Positions 1-9,864 of a DNA stretch of 64,000 nucleotides are shown one piece after another; the stretch's first letter is position 1; each line of letters opens with the position of its first letter. The notes under the pieces are model-generated. The model searched no databases. It saw only the letters and a list, made by a program, of their open reading frames with translations, and had not been told where the DNA came from. The stretch spans positions 1,440,001 to 1,504,000 of the forward strand of contig OZ241981.1 in NCBI GenBank assembly GCA_965204345.1, in the 5' to 3' direction. Source of the stretch: Nitrosopumilus sp. GTDB taxonomy: Archaea; Thermoproteota; Nitrososphaeria; Nitrososphaerales; Nitrosopumilaceae. The translations under genes were made by a program, and so were the position numbers.

Positions 1-74
1 GTATGATGCGTGGTCAAAATGCTCTGAAAGATTTATTCAGTGAAAACATAGACAGCAGTATGCGCTGCCAATAC

Positions 75-1116
75 TGTATTATATGAAAATCATATCCGCT
101 AGTCATTCATGTCTGCCTCCATCCATTTTTGGTTGCTTTTTCTGATCGCATCAGGAACCTTTTTGGCCTTAAATGCCATCAGAGGCACCTGGCAGTTCTC
201 TATGTCCAGAGAAAAATGCAGCCTATCCTCATTGTAAAAGTCGATGAATTTCCCTACCGTCTTAAAGTGTACAAGCTCATCCTCAAGTGTCCTAAAGAAT
301 CTCTCAATCTTGCCGTTGGCCTGCGGGTGGTGGGAGCGTGAGTCAATCAGGGCAATACTCCTCTCCAGAGCTTCTTCCTCAAACATGGTGAGCCTCTATC
401 CCTTGGCAGGTACACCGCGGTTTCTGGATGTGAACTGGGCTCCATTGTCTGAAAGTATTTGACCTGGCGTGCCAAATGACTTGATAGCCTTGCGCAAAAC
501 GGCTACAGTGTTCTGGCTTGTGGCACTATCAAATATCTCGAATCCCGTTATGCATCTGGGATGCATCATCCAGATATGCCACAAGTTGCAGTCCTTTCAG
601 GCGTGGATCCTTCATTTCGTGCCAGTCCACATGCCACATTGCATTGGAATACAGTCGCTCATATCTGACGTACTTTCTCTTCTTGGATTTTTCAGGAGAC
701 AGTCTGGCCAGTCCGTTGGATTTCATTATTTGGTATACCGTATGGTAGCTTATATGAGATGACTTTCTGAGGTGGCGAGTCGTGCGTACTACTCCTGCAT
801 GAATATCATCATATGTCTTAAGAACACGACGTACATCCTCAGATGATATTGTCTTTCTGGGTCTTCCTGGCTTTCTGTGGGAGTTTATTGTTCCGGTCTT
901 GCGGTAGGCTGCCCATATGCGTCTGACGTGCCTTGCGCTGACCTGCATGGTTTGGGCCAGAACAGATGCAGCTGTGCCCTTTTGACGCTGACGTATGATG
1001 TATCTGGTCTGATCCTCCTTTAGTCTGATTCTCTTCATTATTCGTGATCGGTATATGCGGTAATAATCCCTTGCCTGAAGCCTGAGCTTAGGCGGACATA
1101 ATTTTCGTACAATAGA
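75..1116 (-). mobile_element. IS481-family-like insertion sequence, inactivated
   Basis: Imperfect 25-bp terminal inverted repeats: 75-99 TGTATTATATGAAAATCATATCCGC vs reverse complement of 1092-1116 TCTATTGTACGAAAATTATGTCCGC (20/25 match). They enclose HTH + rve/DDE transposase fragments. No clear target-site duplication. Confidence 0.8.
99..1038 (-). pseudogene. DDE (rve) transposase pseudogene with one frameshift and one in-frame stop
   Basis: Three ORFs join into HTH...WHVDW...YLDDAS|RCITGF...ILSDNGAQF...HPQANGKIERFFRTL. There is an extra base near 558-560 and a TAG at 396-398. Confidence 0.85.
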
Positions 1117-1236
1117 CTGCCCCCAATTATCACAATCTTCATTATACTTTCACGATCATTGAATAATGCAAACTCTCATAATAAAACTTTGAAGACACGT
1201 TAACTTTTTATATTGACATAGGAGGGTGAAGGTTAC

Positions 1237-2217
1237 TTGGATTCTGAGGAGTTTAAAGACCTTAATGTTTTAGTTACGGGAGCCGACGGCTTCATTCCAG
1301 GCTATGTCTGTGAAAGACTAGTTGAGTTAGGTGCAAATGTCACGGGACTGGTCCGAAGAAACTCAAGCAACGTACTAAAGTCAATTCCTCACCTTATTGA
1401 TAAAATTAATTTTAGATGGGGCGATATCACTGATTTGTCGTTACTGGCACGAGAGACCAAAGGGATTGACATCATATATCACTTGGGTGCCCAGAGCCAC
1501 GTCCAGTATTCACTGCATAATCCGCTTGAGACATACCAGACCAATGTCATGGGAACAATCAACGTCTTAGAAGCAGCCAGGCTAAATGATGTAAGGCGCG
1601 TGGTTCATGCGGGAAGTTCAGAAGTGTATGGCAAGCCTGAAACGGTTCCAATCACAGAGAACCATCCACTGGCCCCTCGCAGTCCGTATGCAGCAGGCAA
1701 GGTAGCCTCAGACAGGCTCTTGTTCTCTTACTATTGCACGTATGGAATGTCAGTTGTCACATCGAGGTTCTTTGGATATTACGGTCCAAGACAGAGCATA
1801 GAAAAGGCTATTCCAAAATTCATTTTAAACATTCACAACGGCATTCCTCCTACGGTTTACGGTGACGGCAGTCAGAGTCGTGACCTGATGTTTGTAACTG
1901 ATGCTGCTGATGCCTATACGAGGCTGGGTCTGGCCGACAACGTTGATGGCAAGGTGCTCAACGTGGGAACCGGCGTGGAATCTACAATAAAGGATCTTGC
2001 CTTGTTGATTTTGAAATTGATGGATTCTAAGCTAGAGCCGGTCTTTACAAAGAACCTTCATCCTGGCGAGGCAGGCAGGCTTATCTCTGATCCTGCACCT
2101 GTAATGGAACTCTTGAACTGGAAGCCAAGCATAAGCCTGGAGGAAGGACTCAAGAGAACCATCGATTACTATCTGCAACACACACATCTATTCAAACACC
2201 TCAATGTCGTAGTATGA
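1237..2217 (+). CDS. NAD-dependent nucleotide-sugar epimerase/dehydratase (extended SDR)
   Basis: VTGADGFI Rossmann motif, HLGAQSHV, SSEVYG, YAAGK (YxxxK), GDGSQSRD. Confidence 0.9.
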   Translation: MDSEEFKDLNVLVTGADGFIPGYVCERLVELGANVTGLVRRNSSNVLKSIPHLIDKINFRWGDITDLSLLARETKGIDIIYHLGAQSHVQYSLHNPLETYQTNVMGTINVLEAARLNDVRRVVHAGSSEVYGKPETVPITENHPLAPRSPYAAGKVASDRLLFSYYCTYGMSVVTSRFFGYYGPRQSIEKAIPKFILNIHNGIPPTVYGDGSQSRDLMFVTDAADAYTRLGLADNVDGKVLNVGTGVESTIKDLALLILKLMDSKLEPVFTKNLHPGEAGRLISDPAPVMELLNWKPSISLEEGLKRTIDYYLQHTHLFKHLNVVV

Positions 2218-2232
2218 CATGACATGACATGC
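2213..2232 (+). repeat. (ATGAC)n pentanucleotide microsatellite at the SDR stop codon
   Basis: atgacatgacatgacatg read directly. Confidence 0.6.
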
Positions 2233-2285
2233 ATGCCCATTGATATTGTTACATGACGTTTTGATGATAATATGGTATCCTCATC

Positions 2286-3440
2286 ATGAAAGCCGTGCTG
2301 TTAGCTGCCGGCAAAGGCAGCAGGTTAAGTCCCATCACAGATGATCTGCCAAAGCAGATGATATCTGTGGGCGGCAAGCCCCTTCTCCAGTACATTATAG
2401 AGGAGCTAAAGTCTTGTGGAATAGATCAGGTTTGTATCGTCATCAGCAGCAGTGGTAATAATAATAATAATAGTGATGATGATGCTGCCGCTGATGATGA
2501 TGATGATGACAGCAGCAGCAGCACCGGCAGTACAACTGCTCACAAAAGCAAAATCCAACGATACTTTAAGAATGGGATGTCCCTTGGCATTAAAATTACG
2601 TATGCTGAGCAAACGACACTTGACGGAACCGCAGGTGCGCTGCGACTGGCCGAAAAATTCGTCAAAAGGGACAGCTTTGTCTTGTGCCTTACAGACATCC
2701 TGATTCCAGAGGGACTGGGCAATTTTTTTAGAAACATTGATCCAGACTCAGAGGCCACAATTCTGTCATCTAAGGTATCAAAGGCGCAAGCCAAAGTCTC
2801 CGGAACAATCCACACCAGCAAAAGTGCAAGTGATAATAATAATAATAATAATAATGATGATGATGATGATAATGATGTTAGTAACAACAGCGGCCAATAC
2901 GTGAGAAAACTAAAGGAAAAAGACCCAAACCCCACAAGCAGGCTCGTATGGGCAGGCCTGGCACATTTTGCCTCAGATGAAATCTTTGAAGCAATAAAGT
3001 CAATAAAGAAATCATCCCGGGGCGAGTATGAGATTACCGATGCAATGAACTACCTGATCTCATCTGGGAAGAAGACGATCAAAAACCAACCCTGCAAAAA
3101 ATACCTGGACTTTGGCACTCCTCCCGGACTACGCGATGCCCTGAGATTCATCCTCAAGGAAAAAGAGAGACAAAAAGAACAAGCAAATCAAAAAGAGAAA
3201 CAAACCCCCAAAACCAGAAAGAATCCTTCTGCTACATTTGGCCCAAACCACATATCCCGAGGCGTAAAAATCGGCAAGGGCGTCAAGCTTGGGCCCTTTG
3301 TCTCAATAGACAAGGATGTGAAGATTTCCGACTCTGTTCAGATCAAAAACAGCATAGTGCTTGCAGGCGCATCCATTCCAAAAAATGCCAAAATTGCCGA
3401 CTGCCTGGTTTCAAAAAACAGCATTCTAAAGCTAGCTTGA
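2286..3440 (+). CDS. Sugar-1-phosphate nucleotidyltransferase (RmlA/GlmU-like) with low-complexity insertions and C-terminal hexapeptide repeats
   Basis: MKAVLLAAGKGSRLSPITDDLPKQ signature, GTAGAL, SRGEYEITDA, LbH-like tail, poly-N/D/S inserts. Confidence 0.88.
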   Translation: MKAVLLAAGKGSRLSPITDDLPKQMISVGGKPLLQYIIEELKSCGIDQVCIVISSSGNNNNNSDDDAAADDDDDDSSSSTGSTTAHKSKIQRYFKNGMSLGIKITYAEQTTLDGTAGALRLAEKFVKRDSFVLCLTDILIPEGLGNFFRNIDPDSEATILSSKVSKAQAKVSGTIHTSKSASDNNNNNNNDDDDDNDVSNNSGQYVRKLKEKDPNPTSRLVWAGLAHFASDEIFEAIKSIKKSSRGEYEITDAMNYLISSGKKTIKNQPCKKYLDFGTPPGLRDALRFILKEKERQKEQANQKEKQTPKTRKNPSATFGPNHISRGVKIGKGVKLGPFVSIDKDVKISDSVQIKNSIVLAGASIPKNAKIADCLVSKNSILKLA

Positions 3441-3541
3441 TGATATGCTGATAATAATAATGATGATGATGGTTGATAATGTCAAATAATTTAGTTTTGT
3501 CGGGCAAAGATTCAAATTCTAATCAGATAGAAAGTCTCTAA

Positions 3542-4506
3542 ATGGAAAAAGGACATGATGATTCACTTTTAGATTTGGTTATAGTTATTCCTACATTAAA
3601 TGAAGAAAAAGGAATTGGAAGTACTATTGATTCTATAAACAAATCACTTGCTGGAAAGCTTAGATTTGAAATTTTAGTAGTTGATAATAATTCTGTTGAT
3701 AATACAATCAAGATTGCCAAATCAAAAGGTGTAACAGTAATTAAACATCTAGTAAAGGGATATGGAAATGTGTTACAAGCTGGATTTCATTTTGTAGATA
3801 ATAATCGTAAAACCCTAGCCGTATCAATGGTTGATGCAGATGGAACCTATGAAGTAAAAGACATAATTACTATGGTCCAAATGATTAAAGATGAAAAAGC
3901 AGATTTTGTTATAGGTAATCGTTTTGCAAATATGAATAAAGATGCTATGAGCTTTACAAACAAATTTGGAAATAAAGTTACATCTATTCTTTCAAAATGG
4001 ATTTTACGAATCAACATAGTTGATTTTTCTTGTGGAATGAGAACATTTAGATCTGATCTGTTAAAATTTTACCATGGTAGACAAGGTAATTTTTCGTTTG
4101 CAATTGAAATGTTAGCAATTGCTCAAGTATGTAATGCAGAAATAAAAGAAATTCCAACTTCATACTATAAGAGAATTGGAGATACCAAGCTTAATCCCCT
4201 TCAAGATGGTGCAACATTGTTTACAATTCTTCTAAGGTTGATGCGAGATATAAGACCACGATTTTTTTTTGGAGGTATCGGTATTATATTGACCTTATTT
4301 GGAGTGATGTTTGGATTGTTATTGTTCTAGAATGGTTCAATACTCGAACAATGAATAGAATTCCAACTACAATTCTTTCAATGTTGTTAATTGTTTTGAG
4401 AATACAGACTTTGACTGTAGGACTGTTAACTTATATGTTAAAGGAAAAGAACTCTCAATCTTTTTACAAGGTTATTACTGCTGATGATCTCTCAACTAAT
4501 AGATAG
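3542..4506 (+). pseudogene. GT2 dolichol-phosphate glycosyltransferase (Dpm1/AglJ-like), frameshifted before the last TM helix
   Basis: IPTLNEE, VVDNNS, GYG, VDADGTY, DFSCGMR. The ORF stops at 4330, but another frame from about 4321 reads IVLEWFNTRTMNRIPTTILSMLLIVLRIQTLTVGLL to TAG at 4504-4506. Confidence 0.7.
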
Positions 4507-4671
4507 CACACATTAAAATTATTCTTTGTTAATTTATACAATCTATGTTGCTATGATCTATGAGCAGAAAAACCATCATGTACACAATTTGTACCTGACA
4601 GATTGAGCATAGAATCTACCTTGATTTAATTTTGTTTTTTAATATTTTGCAATTCTGCTGATCTTATTTAC

Positions 4672-5688
4672 CTATGATATATGAGATTTTACAAAATTAA
4701 TTGATTTTGTAGGATATGGATCTATTTTTTCAAGAATCGCTTTGTATATGGTCGCCATATCTAGTAGATAAATTAAATTAATATTTTTCGAGAGAGTATC
4801 ACCTTTAATTGAATGCACCTCCCAATAATCAATATTATTTTCTTTAAAGAAACTTTTAATGATCTCCCATCTCTCTTTTGTTTTTAAATTACCTCCTGTT
4901 TCCTGAATAAGTATTGGTTTAATGTTTGACTTTACTTCCCATGAAACAATCCCATTATGACATGTTTCAATTATATCTTCAATCATGGCATGGCATTTCA
5001 TATTTTCTTGTATGGAATTTTTGAATCTAGTAGATACTGCCTGTAGTCCATGTGGATAATAAATTAATGATATTTCATTTAGCCAGTTTGCTAAAGAAAG
5101 AGATGGATTTGTTTCAGATAAATTTTTTGTAGAAATTTTTTCTGAGAGTATTTCCATTTGTAATATGGAATTCTTAATAGATTCTTTGTTTACTGGCATG
5201 ATGTTTTTTAACACATTCAATATCGTATAAACAGCTGATGGAAAAGATGAACGAGAATTTGCATAATATTGTACTTTTCTATGTTCTATACTGTTTTGAT
5301 TACAATATTGTTCTAATTTACCTCCAACTGAAAAACAAATAATTTTACATCCAATCTCATTTGCAGTTTTTATTGCATGTAATGTTTCAACGGCATCTCC
5401 TGATATACTAATCCCCACTACTAATGATTTTGAGTTAACTGTTTTGGGTAATACATATCCCTTTACACATGCTACATGAATATTTGTTTTAGATAGTATT
5501 GAGAACAATAAATCACAAATAGAACCAGAACCCCCCATTCCAGCAAATACAATATGTTCAATATTCTCATCAATGGGAAATACTGGTAATTCAGACTCGT
5601 ATGCCTCTTTGGCAATTTTTGGCCATATGGCATAGATTTTATGCATTTCCATTGAATCAAATTTGTTAACTTGAGAATAGTCAAACAT
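4672..5688 (-). CDS. Bifunctional phosphoglucose/phosphomannose isomerase (SIS domain)
   Basis: AGMGGSG, SISGDAVET, RFKNSIQENMK, ETCHNGI; start set at ATG 5688. Confidence 0.8.
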   Translation of the reverse strand: MFDYSQVNKFDSMEMHKIYAIWPKIAKEAYESELPVFPIDENIEHIVFAGMGGSGSICDLLFSILSKTNIHVACVKGYVLPKTVNSKSLVVGISISGDAVETLHAIKTANEIGCKIICFSVGGKLEQYCNQNSIEHRKVQYYANSRSSFPSAVYTILNVLKNIMPVNKESIKNSILQMEILSEKISTKNLSETNPSLSLANWLNEISLIYYPHGLQAVSTRFKNSIQENMKCHAMIEDIIETCHNGIVSWEVKSNIKPILIQETGGNLKTKERWEIIKSFFKENNIDYWEVHSIKGDTLSKNINLIYLLDMATIYKAILEKIDPYPTKSINFVKSHIS

Positions 5689-5849
5689 TACAAATATCAA
5701 AAATCTTATTCTATAAAAATTAAAACCAGTAATCATCTAATTTTTTCTTGCTTGTAATATATCGTCACAATTTATGATTCTGGGCTTGATTTGCGATCAA
5801 GTTATGATCATCATTCAAAAATCTTATTAATACCTACTTTTGTATAAAA

Positions 5850-8800
5850 TTGAGTATTATGGGTAGTATCACAAACATTAGATTAAAGTCTAAACGAGAG
5901 TTTGTACCAGTAGTAGTAGCAATAGGTATACTTGCAGTGCTTTTTTCACCATATCCTGGAATTGATGCTGTAACCATATCTTTGAGTGATACGAACACTT
6001 TTGTCGATTTTACTAATGGTGTGCTTACTGATATTGATGATATATTGTCCATGGAAATTATCCTAAGAAACCCTGCTGATAATGGTATAACTTTTACATC
6101 ATCTACGGGTTCCACATTCAATTCAGAAACTCTTCTTGCTGATGTCTCTATTGTCAGAGTAGTCCTCAACCCTGGTGAATCTGATGAAGTCGTTGCATTC
6201 TTTGATTTATCTGGTAATCGTCTCTCAAACACCCTTGCCGCAACCTTTGGACAAACCGCTGATGTTGACGGTAAAATTGTAGCATTGAACTTTGATGGTA
6301 TTCGTGCTAATGCCTTAGGTGGCGATTATGGTAATTATGGCTACTTTGACTATGGTTACTTTGGTGCTTATGGTAATTATGGCTACTTTGACTATGGTTA
6401 CTTTGGTGGTTATGGTTATGGTTACTTTGGAACTGGATTTGGTTATGGTAGTTTAGGTTCTGGCTCTTATGGATATGGATTATCATCTAACCCAATAGCT
6501 AGAGACACAAAAGCAAGTTATGATATTCAAGTCAATTCTGCGTTACTAAAAGATGGAGATAACACTGTTAGAATTGATGTCTTGCCATCTGCATCATCTA
6601 CTCAATTTTTCTCATCAGTGCCATCTACTTTCACCAATGTGATTACTGGAACCGTTATTGAGGTCAATGTCCCGGTTGGAAGTCCTCATGGCGGAGTAAT
6701 ATTTACACCATCTTCTGATTTGAGTACCCTCAATGTAATATCTAACACATTACCTGACACAATTGCCGCTACTGATGGCCAGATGCTTGACTTTAATGGC
6801 GCTCCAACATTTGATGTTAGTGAGGACGGAACAAAGAGTGTGATAATTTCTGATTCTGTTACTGTCGTTAATTCTATACTCTCTGATTCTCAAACAATAA
6901 CTGTCACCTATCCAGGTGGTGTAGTTGTAAGTGGCTCAGGTGACTGGGCTGGCACTATTGCAGTTCCATCTCTTTCTACTGGTACTGCTGACCCTCCAAC
7001 CTCAAATGATGAGATAGGACTGGCATTCTCTGTAGGTGATGACAACACTAGATTAACATTTGATCAGGCAGTCAGGTTACTCTTGCCTGGTCAAGGAGCG
7101 CAGGAAGGTGCCTTCTTCTCAGGAGAAGATGCTGATGGTAATCTAGTATCACGATCACTAGATATATGTCCATTTGTTCCTGCCAATCAGGCTACTGCCA
7201 ATACTAATCTTGAAGCTGGCACTGCGTTGGAATCATGTTTTGTTCGTGACGGCTCTGATATGATCATCTGGACCACACACTTTAGTTCATTTGGCTCATT
7301 CTCTACCCTTAGATCTGCCCCAACAGTCTCTGTGACTTCAAATGTAGGCGCCAGTAGCAACTCTGATACGGTAGCATTTACTGTAACCTTTAGTGAGGAT
7401 GTCCAGAACTTTATCCTGTCTGACATTACAGTAACGGGTACTGTCAACGACGGCAATCCGGTAGCATCAAACCTTCTTGGATCTGGTGCCGAATACACCT
7501 TTGATGTTGCTCGCGGCTCTACAGACGGAACCGTAACTGTGTCAATTGCAGCAGATGTGGCAACAGATCTTGCAGGCAACTCCAACACCGCATCTAATTC
7601 AGTTACTGTCACCATAGACACTCGTACCCCAACCGTACCTTCTGGTGGTGACCGTGGTGACCGTGGCGGTGGTGGCGGCGGTGGTGGCGGCGGCGGCGGT
7701 GGTGGCGGCGGTAGTAGCAGTGCCTCTAGAATCTCATCTATTGCAGATAATGTCTCTGGCGCTGTTTTGTATGACGTACAGTGGGATGTCTGTGAAGCAA
7801 ACACAATCAATATAATAGCTGGACCTGTAACTGACAATCTATCTGTAAAGATTAGAACCAACGCAGGCATAATCCAAGCAGAACGCTCTGATGACCAGTC
7901 CTATCCCGGAAGAATTTCATTTGATGCAAACCTCTCACCAAATGAGTCATTTGTATACGTACAAGTAGAAAATATTGCATCAAGAGGACCGACAGTTGAT
8001 TCAAAATCACTTAACCTTAACGAATGTTCTGGTTCTGTATCTGTAAACAAATACGAGTCATCATCAATAATAACAAGCAAAGATAATGACAGTAGAGTTG
8101 TAACACCTCAACAGCCATCTAGAGAAGTAGATTCGGCAACTAACATTATACCTGGTCTAATCCCCGTACAAACGCCAGGCCTAGTACATGAGTTCATCAC
8201 TGACTTTACTGATATTACAAATGATAACACTGGTATGAAATTGACTGACTTCCAGACATTGCAATCCAATACTGACAAATATGCCGAAGTCGTCCTGGGA
8301 ATCAGCGGACAGACAGTTACCACCGTTGCATTGATGGATAGGCCTGATTCAGAGGAGAGTAACAACAATGCAAACCTCTTCTTACAAATTTCATCCACCG
8401 GTGATAAGGTCAACTCCATGAGAGGCGTTCTCTTGGGCGGTGATACAATTGAGATTATGGCAGGAGACGGAAGCAAGACTATTGTTCCAACATCTGCAGA
8501 AATTGCAATTGCATCTGAGGATGCAGTGGCAGTATCTCAAAAATCAAGCATGAAAATTAATGACAAATCAACCCAGGTTGACCTCCCAGATGTGGTCAAA
8601 GAATTCCTCAATACTAGTATTGAATTTACAAACGAGGATACCGGTGAGACACTAACGCAATACATGGTACTGCAATCAGTACCGGATGTGTTTGCAGAGA
8701 AGGAACTTGACATCTCCGGACAAACCGTAACTACCATAGCGTTCCCAGACAGATATGGCAGGGCAGACAGCAATGATGACCTGAATGTCTTTGTACAATT

Positions 8801-8927
8801 CACGCACACTGATGAGCAGGTCAACTCCTTGAGAGGCATCCAGCAGGGCGGCAACGCAATCAGCGTTAGTACCAACGGTGTTGAGCAGGGAACTCTGACA
8901 CAGACAGTAGAGATTCCGCTAGGCTAG
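5850..8927 (+). CDS. Large secreted/surface protein: Gly-Tyr-rich segment, Ig-like domain, poly-Gly linker, duplicated C-terminal domain
   Basis: N-terminal signal peptide-like segment, YGNYGYFDYGYFG repeats, IWTTHFS, FTVTFSEDV...ATDLAGNSN Ig-like fold. Alternative start at ATG 5859. Confidence 0.75.
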   Translation: MSIMGSITNIRLKSKREFVPVVVAIGILAVLFSPYPGIDAVTISLSDTNTFVDFTNGVLTDIDDILSMEIILRNPADNGITFTSSTGSTFNSETLLADVSIVRVVLNPGESDEVVAFFDLSGNRLSNTLAATFGQTADVDGKIVALNFDGIRANALGGDYGNYGYFDYGYFGAYGNYGYFDYGYFGGYGYGYFGTGFGYGSLGSGSYGYGLSSNPIARDTKASYDIQVNSALLKDGDNTVRIDVLPSASSTQFFSSVPSTFTNVITGTVIEVNVPVGSPHGGVIFTPSSDLSTLNVISNTLPDTIAATDGQMLDFNGAPTFDVSEDGTKSVIISDSVTVVNSILSDSQTITVTYPGGVVVSGSGDWAGTIAVPSLSTGTADPPTSNDEIGLAFSVGDDNTRLTFDQAVRLLLPGQGAQEGAFFSGEDADGNLVSRSLDICPFVPANQATANTNLEAGTALESCFVRDGSDMIIWTTHFSSFGSFSTLRSAPTVSVTSNVGASSNSDTVAFTVTFSEDVQNFILSDITVTGTVNDGNPVASNLLGSGAEYTFDVARGSTDGTVTVSIAADVATDLAGNSNTASNSVTVTIDTRTPTVPSGGDRGDRGGGGGGGGGGGGGGGGSSSASRISSIADNVSGAVLYDVQWDVCEANTINIIAGPVTDNLSVKIRTNAGIIQAERSDDQSYPGRISFDANLSPNESFVYVQVENIASRGPTVDSKSLNLNECSGSVSVNKYESSSIITSKDNDSRVVTPQQPSREVDSATNIIPGLIPVQTPGLVHEFITDFTDITNDNTGMKLTDFQTLQSNTDKYAEVVLGISGQTVTTVALMDRPDSEESNNNANLFLQISSTGDKVNSMRGVLLGGDTIEIMAGDGSKTIVPTSAEIAIASEDAVAVSQKSSMKINDKSTQVDLPDVVKEFLNTSIEFTNEDTGETLTQYMVLQSVPDVFAEKELDISGQTVTTIAFPDRYGRADSNDDLNVFVQFTHTDEQVNSLRGIQQGGNAISVSTNGVEQGTLTQTVEIPLG
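6326..6408 (+). repeat. 42-bp tandem duplication encoding YGNYGYFDYGYFG
   Basis: ttatggtaattatggctactttgactatggttactttggtg at 6326 and 6368. Confidence 0.8.
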
Positions 8928-9000
8928 ATTTTTTTTGTTCTTTGTTATTTTACAGGTATTTTTGATCAGTCAAATTGCAAAGTTATTCTTCCCTAGTTTA

Positions 9001-9516
9001 TCATCCTATCTTGCAACAACTTTTACTTTGTAATCCTCTGACAATCCAAAAGATTGAAAATAAAAGTACCCCAACTGAAACAAATTTCAATTCTAATCCC
9101 TGCATTGGAAACAATGATAGTCCTCCTACTGCTCCCAAAATTACTGCCAGCGGTGCAGTACATGCAGGACATCCCGGTGTGAACGCTGCAAATGCCCCAC
9201 CCAGTGCTGCTGAAGAATTTGATTTTACAGAGCTTACCATCTTCATTCTTTTTATTTTAAAGGCCATCATTGCAAAATTAATACCGCCTAACGATGCAAT
9301 TACTACTGTTAATCCAATAGATGAGCCAATGTAAAACGGTGATATCTCAATCATGCTATCAAAGTGAGTTGGCAGCATTGACATTGTCAAATAATAATAG
9401 ATTATCCCTAATCCTATACTGCTAATTACGGCAATACTTGCATATCTTTTTGTAGTCAATACATTTGAGATTATCTGTAATTTACTTACCAAGTAAGTCT
9501 GTTTAGTATTTGTCAT
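9001..9516 (-). CDS. Membrane protein with CxxC (GCPAC) and C-terminal CC, possibly metal/thiol related
   Basis: About 4 hydrophobic helices, TPGCPACTAP, SKSCCKIG. Confidence 0.7.
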   Translation of the reverse strand: MTNTKQTYLVSKLQIISNVLTTKRYASIAVISSIGLGIIYYYLTMSMLPTHFDSMIEISPFYIGSSIGLTVVIASLGGINFAMMAFKIKRMKMVSSVKSNSSAALGGAFAAFTPGCPACTAPLAVILGAVGGLSLFPMQGLELKFVSVGVLLFSIFWIVRGLQSKSCCKIG

Positions 9517-9524
9517 ATTTTAAC

Positions 9525-9546
9525 TATCTTTGAATAATCAAAGATA
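9525..9546. promoter_or_regulatory. Perfect 9-4-9 inverted repeat, putative operator between divergent genes
   Basis: TATCTTTGA-ATAA-TCAAAGATA, 8 nt from the 9516 start and 25 nt from the 9572 start. Confidence 0.6.
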
Positions 9547-9571
9547 TTACACGCAAATTTTATCAAAAACC

Positions 9572-9823
9572 ATGACAGAATTTTCATCAGAAGAGAAAAT
9601 TATACTCGTTCAATATGGAATAAAAAAATATGAAAATGAAGAGACAATAACTGAGAAACTAAAAACCATCCTATCTGAAAAAGACATTCAAAGAAATATT
9701 GACACTTTGATTGGAACTCAAAGAGTCAGACGAATTGGTTCAAAGGCACTTCAAAACAATGAAAGTCATACTGAGTTACCAGGCTTGCCTGAGCACCTAA
9801 AGCCAATAATTGACTCTTTATAA
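9572..9823 (+). CDS. Small hypothetical protein
   Basis: Clean ORF with normal composition; start at ATG 9572. Confidence 0.65.
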   Translation: MTEFSSEEKIILVQYGIKKYENEETITEKLKTILSEKDIQRNIDTLIGTQRVRRIGSKALQNNESHTELPGLPEHLKPIIDSL

Positions 9824-9864
9824 CATGAAAAATTATTAAACCACCAATAGTTCATTCTTAACGT

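Noticed and set aside
529-584. Programmed frameshift in the transposase
   Set aside because: No slippery A-run at the junction, and a separate in-frame stop exists, so decay is more likely.
5784-5800. CTTGAT-N5-ATCAAG inverted repeat upstream of the surface protein
   Set aside because: 6-bp arms in AT-rich DNA can arise by chance, and no second instance was seen.
7187-7870. Poly-Pro ORF on the minus strand
   Set aside because: Antisense to the poly-Gly linker of the surface protein.
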